From Eukaryota sp. TZLM1-RC (Eukaryota; Protista; Metamonada: BaSk clade): a DNA stretch of 64,000 nt. The position numbers and the translations under genes were made by a program. Shown one piece after another: positions 54,135 through 64,000 of the stretch. The DNA is taken from positions 62,001 to 126,000 of the forward strand of contig JAUPSS010000005.1 in the NCBI GenBank assembly GCA_040285825.1, written 5' to 3'. How positions within the stretch are numbered: position 1 is the stretch's first letter; each line of letters begins with the position of its first letter. The notes beneath the pieces were generated by a model. That model made no database searches, was not told the origin of the DNA, and worked only from the letters and a program-made list of their open reading frames with translations.

Positions 54135-56110
54135 TCATCTCCTCAACAGAGCTTCTGGGCCAATATATCTTTCTGGCCACAATTGCGCTTTCTTCTTAGT
54201 TTGAATATTTGTTGCAGCAGAAATAGTTCTGTCACATACTATTTGACACTCAACACAAATACGCATCTGCCATGAGCCTGTTTCAATATTCTCAACCATA
54301 CAACAATTGGAAAGTTTGCTTGTATTAAATTCACTGGTTGACAAGTGCTTCACGTCCTTTAGATAACACAAACATTTTCTCAAAGCCCCTTGCTGCTCCA
54401 TATCGATTGACTTTTCGGCAATGAGATGTGAAATCAGCAAAACCCACAGCAAGGTGGAATTTTTCAGGATGTCCAGCTAGCCTTTGAAATTTGTTGAGAC
54501 TCTCTCTGAACCGTCTCTCTTTTCGTCTGCGGTTATCAAATTTAATTATTTTCCATTTCTGGCGATTACTTTCCAAATACACATTCCTCCTAACCAAGTT
54601 TCAATGGTTCAAATATTGGTTGAAATTTTGAACGGAATATTGGTTGGGAGACTGTTTACTGGGTGAAGGTTTTGTCATGTATCTTCTTCCAGTTGGACAA
54701 GGGATAACTCCACATTGATTATCATCTAAGAAGTAACCAAATAATCTTGATTGGCCCAGATCAACACCAACAAGGGGCCTTTCAGGTAAAATTTCGACTG
54801 GATGTATACGTCTTCGACGGGGCATTTTTTAGTGCCCTTCAACTGTGTTTCTCTGGTTTTGTTGGCATTAGGGTCACTTTTCATGACTTTTATCAATCTA
54901 TCTTTCTTTTTCGGTGGTTCATCCAGCTAATCTGTGTTTTCTGAGTCTTTATTTTTACCTTCAAAAGTCAAAAGCAGTTCATTACCATTAGTTTTCAATA
55001 TCAATTTTTAAATTTATTTTTCAAACTTTTTCTGTTGATATTAAATTTTTGGCAAGGACATTGTTTGAGTATTCGTTTCAGACATGTATTTCTGATAAAC
55101 TTTGTTTTGGAAGATAATCCTTCAATAAGTGGAAAATCTTTCACAGAGTGGAAAACATGTGAAGGTACCTCATGAAATTTAGAACCTTTATAAGAAGCTA
55201 AAGGTATTATTCTAAATTTCTTCCAGCAATGCATGTGAGAAAAGAAAGTGAGTAAGTATTGTGAAATTTTAAGATTAAAGAGAAAAAGCTCACCAATTTC
55301 TTTTGATGAAAAGGTGATTATATCATGTGAAAACATTAGAGAAGCAGTGGCAGGAAATCTCTGAAGGAGATTCAAGATAGATTTACATGCATTTAATAAA
55401 AAGAAACTTTCTCTTGAATTATTCATATTGAAAATCATTTAGTGTTCGAGAACAGAATCAACAACTACTTTTTTGGGTTGGGCTAAGGGTTCATCTGCTA
55501 AAAGAGAGAGAAAATAATTGGCACAGACATTCGTTTTATCTAGAGCTCTACAATGAGCACGAATAAAATTTTTTGTCCAGGATTGACAAATTTTAGGTAA
55601 ACTTGTCCTCACTTTAGACGCCAATTGACGAGTTCGACAAGCAAGGTAAGGAGAAAGCCCGTTTCTATTGATAAAACTACATTTCTGCGACTGCAGCCAG
55701 GCATTGAGAAAAAGACTGAATGAATTTCTTTAAGGCACCAAAGAATTTTCCCATGAAGAAACAAGAGACCTGTCTTGTGGGCATTCAGGAAGAAATCCAA
55801 TGTAAAAGATATGGAGTAATTGGCGTTGGCCTTTAGATGTGGAAGGCTTAGGAAAAGAACCAGTGGTGATGACGGTCATAAACAGATACCATACATTATG
55901 TTCCACTAAAGCTCTAGATGCCAACGGAAAATTTATAAGAAAAGATTGAAGCAACAAAGAAGCTTCATGACAAATCTCGGTGACCAAAAGAAGGTCAGTC
56001 CGAATTTGTTGCACCGCTGCAGGGGTCAGCAGTGAGTTAAGTGCACAAGCCGATTGAATAAACGTAAGACAGAATGGGTGTCTGTCATGTAGTGAGAATA
56101 AACAGCTCAT
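54135..56110 (-). mobile_element. Fanzor pseudogene (family 2), heavily frameshifted
   Basis: N-terminus similar to the 29.6-kb locus; SWTKNFIR corresponds to SWKLNFFR; RuvC-I LVGVDLGQSRL; AVGFAD; RuvC-II SEFNTSKLSNCC; CVEC; CDRTISAATNI. Confidence 0.85.
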
Positions 56111-57505
56111 CTATCACATTTTACACTTGTCACCCCATTTTCGACTTCCGGTTGCCGGTTCTGGGAGATTTTTAACCCTCAACTTGATTTTGGCAGGTTT
56201 TCACTATTCCCACACTTTCCCCTTTGATAAACTAGGTTCTTATTTCCCTCACTTACCTTCTTTACCGAGCTTTAGCACTTTCCGTGTACTTTTTTTACCG
56301 GTTTTTCTACTCATTTTTAATAACTATTGTTTACTCATAGTGTGGTGATTAACTCCACACTTTCTACTTGTACAGAAATTTCTATACTACACTTAAATAA
56401 GAAAATGGCATTTCTTTCATCCACAGTACATTCCACAACTTGCCGTGGTTGTTGAAGTCACAGCGAAGGTCATTTTACATAACACTGTAAATACTATTCT
56501 TTTGAATAGTGAATCACTGCAGTCCTTGGAATATTCCTTGCATATAGCCTGATGTTCTCCTCCTCACCAGAATAGAGTACTTTCTTCATATGGTGCAGCA
56601 TTAGAAGAGGTCTACTTCATCTTTGGGCCATTAAACAATGTTATGTCATTAAATCTTCAAACTTTTCCGCATGTTTCATTTGGCTGATTCATTAATTCAA
56701 AGGAGGTAATTACTGTCGTCAATTTTTCATATATATAAATGCTACATATGGCTAAATAGGTATTTAACAAAAAGTGTGATTGATGATTCATTTGTGGAAA
56801 TAATCCTTTTTGACAATCCACATTTCCATTTTTAATCATTTCCAATCATATTTGGAAGACTAAATTTATCAAATATTTTATGACTATTTCAGGTGAATTA
56901 AAACGACTGTTTGTGATGGGATCTGTTTCAGAGTCCTTTAAAATTACAAAAATCTTGGAGTTGGCGATTATATTTGCCAAAAACCAACTTGGATGATAAC
57001 CATAAACTCTTAGCTTATATTTCTGCAATGAAGTTAAGTTTTAAGTTTGAAAATTTAATTGATGCCAGATGCCCAAGAACTTTCTGATAGTGGTTTTGTA
57101 AAAGCTAATCAAGTTTTAAATAAACTTTCACAACGATCTTCCCTACAACCTCTATTAAATGCTCATGATTTAAGAATTCTTCCAAGGGACCGATTTGTTC
57201 TATCAGATTGAGATTTATTTAAGGTTTTGTCTTATGGTTCTGTTTTCTCAATCTTACATAAATTAACTGTGTTAATGAATTGTAAATGTATGTAAATGTG
57301 TTACAAAAATGTTGACTCTTTCAAAGGCATCTCAATAAGTCGGAAACACAAAAAAGGGATTAGGTAGGGATCAGGCAGGGAAGGGAAAAGAAAAGGGATT
57401 GGTATTCAACCTAAAATTCATCCACAATAATCAAAAATTGAATTTCTGCTTCATAGAACAAATTCTTTCCCTCTATAATCATATTCCTTAGAGTTCATCT
57501 CGCCA

Positions 57506-58225
57506 ATGTCCCCAGGGCCCACTGATCCGTTTCAGTGTCCTTCTAGAACAGATACTATCTTCTGTAAATACTTTGAATGGAAACCTCCAAAACGTACTGT
57601 CATTCAGGTCCAAAATTGGATATGGAACAGACAAATTGCCATCCGAAAAGAACTAGAAGTCAGACAACACGAAGAAAAGGCCGCGTCTTCCAAGAAACTT
57701 GCTGAACAGCGTGCAATGTACAAAGAAAAGATTGGCAAGTTGGAAAGTGAACTAGGAACTCTAGACAACACAAAAAAACAATACTTTTCTTTATTAAAAC
57801 ATGTCATAAGAACTGAAGAAGCAGAAAAACAAAAACGGGAACAAGAGGAAAATGAACAACGAAAGTCAACTCCATCACCTACAGAACAGGATCAGAAGGA
57901 CATTAAACCCGCAACACAACAACGAAACTACCTCAATCCAAGAAACCAACATAGGCCCAATTTAGCCCCCGCAAAGCCCTCCAACAAGGAGTTCTTCAGT
58001 CGTCCAGCACCACCGATAGAACATGGGGCGGTTGGTAAGCAATCCAAACCACCAGGATTCAATGGGTATCGTGGCAGGGGAGGGTTTAGGGGACGTGGAG
58101 GTTACAGAGGAAGAGGTAGATTTAGCAGAGGTCCATCGAAACCCTTCATTCAGAATGCATTTACTTCTCAGCACTTTCAACAAAAGACCATGGGGAATAG
58201 GCCATCTTGGGGTCAGCGAGGCTAG
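57506..58225 (+). CDS. Coiled-coil plus RGG-box protein, possibly GPS2-like
   Basis: EKIGKLESEL..L...KKQYF.LLK.V...EE resembles the GPS2 coiled coil; RGRGG repeats. Confidence 0.6.
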   Translation: MSPGPTDPFQCPSRTDTIFCKYFEWKPPKRTVIQVQNWIWNRQIAIRKELEVRQHEEKAASSKKLAEQRAMYKEKIGKLESELGTLDNTKKQYFSLLKHVIRTEEAEKQKREQEENEQRKSTPSPTEQDQKDIKPATQQRNYLNPRNQHRPNLAPAKPSNKEFFSRPAPPIEHGAVGKQSKPPGFNGYRGRGGFRGRGGYRGRGRFSRGPSKPFIQNAFTSQHFQQKTMGNRPSWGQRG

Positions 58226-58243
58226 TTTGTTTTAGAAAATATG

Positions 58244-58415
58244 GTTAATTCTGTGTTTTGTTATTATCAAATAATTGGGTAACCACCAATAATATTGGTT
58301 ACTCAGTTTTTGTGTTTTAAACAAAAATGTACGTATTTATCTAATATATTATTTTTATTAAAAATGAACACCTCAACCTCAACAACAATAGTAATCACTG
58401 AAACCTTTCTAAATA
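58244..58415 (+). repeat. Dispersed ~165-bp non-coding repeat, copy 2
   Basis: Matches 31360-31522. Confidence 0.8.
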
Positions 58416-59649
58416 AGGCAAGTCTGACTTCATGGTTTTTTAGTTAAAAATGTAGCAAACTCTAATACAAACATGGAACGGATTGAAATAAAGAAACATC
58501 ATAATGATAACATACTTTGAAAATAATTCATTTTGTAGATTTCAGAAGAAGATTTTCTGGTTAATAACCTATTTCTGAACCTTCACTGTTTTTAATGTGC
58601 ATGGTTGATAATAATTTGTGTAAATACTAGTGAATAATATTTATATAATATATATATCATTATTATATATAATATTAGTGACGGTAGTATTGTAATTGAT
58701 TTAAATTGTAACTAAAAGTGCTAATACTCACCACATAACTAATAGTTCCAAAATAAAATATTATCGATTCTTTTTTTTATAGTGTTCGTTCAAGTGTTGG
58801 TAAAAAGAACAGTGTTAATGAAAGAAGTGGTTTGGTGAAAGAGGATTTTATAACTGTGTTTTATAGCTGTGTTACAAAACGAACACTGCAAATGAATTTT
58901 GGCAATCTTCCAACAACACATTGAAATCTCGTGTTTTGGATGTCAATACCTCGCCATCTTCCATTGTGTGGTGAGAAGCGGTTGTTTGATGTCTATCATG
59001 ATCTGCTGGGGTTTTTTCATGGACATGACATGAAGATAAAATATCACAATTTGCAGTGAAATGGTTGTTTAACATTATTTCTATCCCTCAATATGTGGGT
59101 TGCAGTTTCTTTTAACGCGTTCATCATCTACACGCAAAGTCAAAATTGAAAGAATAGTTACCACCTTGTGAATAATCAACCCTTAATGAGTACGATTTAG
59201 TAGACTGCTGATTCCAGATACCACAGTATCTTTGACTCCAAATTAAGTCTCAAAAAACACTGATTTTTAAAAAAAGTCTTCTTCCAGAAATCGAAAGCTA
59301 AAGAACGAAAAGGAATTAAAACAAAATGAAGCAATTGAAAAAGTGATCAAAACCACATTCCAATTCTTGTCATGCACGGTTGAAACCCACTTTAAAAACT
59401 TTCAAATAAACTGATGATAATTGGAAAATTCATAGAAAATAAATCAAATATAACTTCATGAAAATGGATACTAGAAATTTTCCAAATTCAACTTCAATGC
59501 TTTAGTCGTGGATCTGATAGCTGTCTAGGGGCGAAAAGAGGGTTGGGTATAGAGGAATTGATAAAAGATTATATTTCACAATTACAATTCTCATGTTGAT
59601 TTTTCCAACTTCTTGCTGTTACCTCTTGTCAATTGATTGGTTATAGCCA

Positions 59650-60294
59650 ATGTCCAATGGGACAGATCAGCATTGTCGTACAATGCAACTATTTGAGCAA
59701 CTGAGTCAAGTTGTTGCTGATGGTAATGCTGATAAATTATCTCAACTTCTGGCTAGCAGATTCAGTGTTAATCAGTCAACATCTCTATTCAACCTATGTA
59801 CATTACTTTTACACACTTTGATCACTGAACCTGGTATGACCATAGAGACCTATAAACATTGCATTGATGTCATTGAGCAGTGTGTTTCCCTTCATCCAAT
59901 GGTTGATTCGTCCCTCATGAAGAAGGTGACTGTTTTGTTGGATCATTGTATAATGGTGTCACAACTGGACTGTTTTCCCCAAGTTGAAATGCAGTTTTTT
60001 TCAATGAATTTCGATATAGATTTTATCAAAGTACCAACCGCTTTTCAAACCGCAATACTCGAAATTGCTTGTAAATACGCACAAATATATTCAGACAATC
60101 ATCTTGAAGCATATCTGCCGTTATCAAGGCATGGCATGTCAGAGTTGATCAAGAAGGTTCGACATATGAATCAGATGAAGCCCATCAAGGCATCAAGTAA
60201 TAGTTGGGTTCAAAAGTGCAGGGATGAAGATGAGTTCCCAAGAGGAGTAGCTGATACTTATTCTGATCTCGATGAGTTCATTGTACCCAGTTGA
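59650..60294 (+). CDS. Hypothetical protein
   Basis: 214-aa intact ATG-initiated ORF with host-like composition; C-terminal DTYSDLDEFIV. Confidence 0.65.
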   Translation: MSNGTDQHCRTMQLFEQLSQVVADGNADKLSQLLASRFSVNQSTSLFNLCTLLLHTLITEPGMTIETYKHCIDVIEQCVSLHPMVDSSLMKKVTVLLDHCIMVSQLDCFPQVEMQFFSMNFDIDFIKVPTAFQTAILEIACKYAQIYSDNHLEAYLPLSRHGMSELIKKVRHMNQMKPIKASSNSWVQKCRDEDEFPRGVADTYSDLDEFIVPS

Positions 60295-60999
60295 ATCAAT
60301 AATATCAGCTTCTAGAATTTGCCACTAGCATGTTTTGGGTCTCTCTCAACACATAAAAGGTATCCTGAGAAGATAGAAAGAATACTGCAGAGATACAGTG
60401 ATTTTTGGTAGACAAATGTCAATTAGCTATTCAACTTCCAGTGTCAAATAAGAATTTAATAAAAATCTTGTTCAATTAAAGTTGATCAATTGAGCTGGAT
60501 ACTGTATAACTACACACCACATTGTGTTGTTGCCAAAAGTGTTCAACATCACCACCATTGACGATCATTTAGCTTGTGTTTCATTGTAAAAGAACTTTTG
60601 ACTTGTATGTTAAGTTGATTCTGTCTCAATTTATCATTTCTCAAGAAAAAAACAAGATCTTGAAGACCAATTATCGTCATTGATAAAATAAGGTTGATAG
60701 GTGAATTGTGCTAAAAAGTAAAATAATATGATACCAAAAAGTATTAAAAAGAAGTGTAAAAAATATTAAAATTTATTCCTGGAATATTCACATTTTAAAA
60801 CTCAACCACACCTCTTTAACTAATGGTATTACCTACTCAAACCCCATCAGTTGAATGACGGGGGATTTTCGCTATTCACCTGGATAGTAACTTGCTTGCT
60901 ATAAAACCACGCAATGTTATTCACAATGGAGTTAATAGAAGGAGGAAGGGCTTTCAATAACGAAGTACGATTCTTTTTTTAAAAGATTTGAAATTTATT

Positions 61000-62010
61000 T
61001 TGAAACTCAAACAAAACATTAAACAAAAAACTAGAACTCAATATCTTCGATACACGCATCAACATCATCAAATCTTTTAAGCGCGCGATTTTCATACTCT
61101 ATTCCTAATTGTAACAGTGCTTTGGTCAACATTTCTGGAATTGCTTTAATAATACTGAAAACAATTTTATTGTGCCAGAAATTGAAGTTCAATTCATCTC
61201 CTGCTCTTTCTTTTATTAAACTTCTGAAACCTTCAAGAAATTAAATGCCAGATATTCCAATGTTACCAAAAAGAGAAACAGCAAATGGAACCAACTGATA
61301 CTTGACATGCTCAACACGTCCTAGCTGAGATAATGGTTCATTGTACTTTTTGATTTTGCTCTTTTCAGCAAAGCAAAGTGAGTTTTAATCTCTTTTAGCA
61401 AAATCAATTGCTGAGTCTTTACAAACATCAACAGTGACAATACCAACAACTTTAATAACACCATCAGACCCAGGGGTAATTAAATCAGCACGGCGTTTCC
61501 CAAAAGTATTTTCATCTTCATTTTCAGATGAGAACCTTCGCACAAGTGGTTCAACAAAAGCTTCAATGTGATAACTTTTACACATAGCGTATAGTTGGTC
61601 TCTAACAGCATCGTGAATTACTGAGCGATATGTAATATTAAATTTGCAATTAAATAAATGATTCAGATTAATGAGCTGACCACAACGACAAATCAAATCA
61701 TTTGGCACACTACATGGCCACAGAAAACACCTAATCCTGAAGGCAGTTGTCCATTGATGGTCATTTAATAATAGACCATATACATTTGGAATCTGGGAAA
61801 TAAGACAACTTGAGCTACTATCCTTGAGGTCAATTAAACAGTTTTTAAAAATGGGATTCTTTTCTTTAGCCAAGCTAAGACGAACAGTGAAATCCAAGTT
61901 TTCAAAAATACAATTCTGTTCTTCCAAATCAAAGAATCAGATGTACGACCACTTTCTTTGAGAAATTTTTCTAAATCATCAAAGACATTGAGATCTTCAT
62001 TTCCAATGGT
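61000..62010 (-). mobile_element. 5'-truncated RLE-type non-LTR retrotransposon, family B
   Basis: CRCG.....NHLFNC...HDAVRD; RRADLITPG; KYN; FAVSLFGNIG; frameshifts. Confidence 0.88.
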
Positions 62011-63015
62011 ATCATTCAATGGCAATATTCCAGAAAAAAATGTTTTAAATTTGAAGTACACTCTTCGAACATTACAGAAACGATTGACCGGAATGTATGA
62101 AAAAGATCTTTATAATAATATATGCAGCTCGGCTGTTTTGAATCAAGATCTTCACTCATTGTTATTGGAAAAGGGTGTTTGTGAAAACAAGTCGTCAGAT
62201 TCTTCGCTTTTTGTAACCATTGTACCACGAAGATTTGGATTGTGTGCCACTAATGAAGCATTTGTAACAAAAATGAGATTATATTTGAACATCCCCATTA
62301 ACCAATCATTATCAAAAGAAAAATGTATTTGTTCGAATTCACCTCAACTCACTTTGCGTCATGCTCTGAATTGCTCTAAATTGATAACTTATGGTTCTTC
62401 ATTACATGATGCTGTTAGAGACACTGTTTTCAATATGGCACAAACTGCAAGGATATCGTGTATCAAAGAGCCCCTGCTGAAGGAAACACTTTCTCTGAAT
62501 AATTTTGGTTCTAATGATAGAGGTGATGTATACTGTGATTGGATTGATAATTCTGAAGCTATTGTTGACTTTGTCTGATGTAATGTTGCAAATGATACTT
62601 TGGTTCACAGAAGAAAACTTAATCCTGTGGCTGCTCTGGATTTTAAAGCAAAAGAGAAACATAGAAAATATGATAAAGATATTGAAGAGGCAAATGTCGA
62701 TAGAAATACACAGCTGGTTTTTATTGCTTTCCCATTTTCGATAAATGGAAGATTATCAGTTGAAGCAGAAACTTTTTTAGATGACTTCCAAAAAATGGTG
62801 CAAGAAAAAACAATGAAAAGATTTGATATTTTTTATGGCGTTCACGTATTCAATTTGCCATTATTAATAGATTACCTCGGTTTTTCAATCGAATTAGAGA
62901 AGCTTTAGCTAGACAGCAAGCAGATCAAGATTTTGTGGAGGAAATCTTGTTTCAATGATAGTCGTCCCATTAGTTATGAGTTAATTTAATTAAGTGTGCA
63001 AATTCAATAAATACA
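62011..63015 (+). mobile_element. 5'-truncated RLE-type non-LTR retrotransposon, family A copy 2
   Basis: Near-identical to the reverse complement of 14237-15240; ends AATAAATACA. Confidence 0.88.
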
Positions 63016-63039
63016 TATTATAATGGTACCAAAAAATGA

Positions 63040-63600
63040 AATAGCAATTGGGAGAAATTTGATGTTATTGCCCCTTGTTTCATTGAGATGTTGAAGAAGG
63101 GTTTCGTATTTGGATTTCTTGGAAAGTTCTGCAACATGGAGTAAATGTTTGTCAGAATTAAAACTTCTTTCTTTTTCTTATGGAGATACGGTAGTACAAT
63201 CGGTAATTAGTTCAGTTCCATCATAGCATTCACATTGAATATCACCTCGCTTTTTGCTCAAGCTACAAATTAATTCATCAAACAGAGATTCTAAACGAAC
63301 TGGTTGATGAGCACATTTCAACAGATCATAAATACAATCACGAACAGCATTGTGGAGAGTTGATCTTTTTTGAGTGAATTTAAAGCAGAAAACAATGTGT
63401 TCAAAAGGAGCATAAGCACCACATTTACATTTCGTATCTGATAAGCATTGAGGAGGAGTTAGATTAAGTTTAACTCCCATGACTGTCAAAAATTGAATAT
63501 CTAAAAGCAGTAATCCAAACATGATTTAACTAAATAACACTATCAAAATTTAGGTAAGGTTGATGTGACTTTCCTTGAGGATTTCAATGTAGCTGCAAAA
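63040..63600 (-). mobile_element. Degraded RLE-type non-LTR fragment (third family)
   Basis: CKCG.....EHIVFC...HNAVRD...RGDI........ITDCT. Confidence 0.75.
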
Positions 63601-63674
63601 AGATGAAATATTTGATACTTCTTGGTTTCTGTTATTGTTGTGGTCTGGGATACCTTTGCAAAATTTTGGAAATA

Positions 63675-63832
63675 CAGTTAACCCTCTATATATGCACACA
63701 TTTTATGTCGACTCAAAATGTGCATTAAAGTTAATACAAATCACTAAATAATTAAACAGTTCACTTAGGTCCTTCAATACAAGAACTAATTGAAGATTTT
63801 TGAAAAAGTGTGCAATTATAAAGGGTTAACTG
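63675..63832. mobile_element. 158-bp MITE with 25-bp terminal inverted repeats (Tc1/pogo-like)
   Basis: CAGTTAACCCTCTATATATGCACAC versus the reverse complement of the right end, CAGTTAACCCTTTATAATTGCACAC (3 mismatches). TA on the left flank, AA on the right. Confidence 0.8.
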
Positions 63833-64000
63833 AAATTCCAAACAGTCTACAAAGGTGTAAAGCTGCCTTTATTGGAGGTGGAAAGAATTTTATTTATGAA
63901 TTTGTGAATCGTTTTCCTGAAAAAATTCATCTCATTGAAAATTGTGGCAGCTCTTATCTTATTTCTTTGCAACAGGAAATTGAAACTCTTTCACCCAATA

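Noticed and set aside
58872-59230. Short His/Cys-containing ORF
   Set aside because: Too short and degraded to assign.

Overview
Compact, AT-rich, nearly intron-free eukaryotic (protist-like, flagellated) chromosome segment. It holds about 22 host genes, including CDC16, SRD5A3/DFG10, MED31, a CaMK, UTP7 with a 34-nt intron, an NAGPA-like gene, a MED14-like gene, an IRE/RIM15 kinase, EB1, CFAP61, ALG9, DDX3/DED1, a BEACH/FAN gene, RPP30 and TRM8. The intergenic space is packed with mobile-element debris: three near-full-length but disrupted Fanzor (eukaryotic TnpB-like) loci plus three fragments, about a dozen RLE-type non-LTR retrotransposon pieces, a Ty3/gypsy integrase remnant and a 158-bp MITE. 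Three observations stand out. (1) A family-B DNA-polymerase-type 3'-5' exonuclease domain runs directly into a Fanzor ORF, possibly an exonuclease-Fanzor fusion. (2) Structured omegaRNA-like regions lie behind two Fanzors, one of which has an Asp-to-Val change at RuvC-I. (3) A conserved ~55-nt hairpin-bearing element abuts the start codons of six unrelated genes. All product calls come from motif recognition by eye; no database searches were run, and boundaries of degraded elements are approximate.
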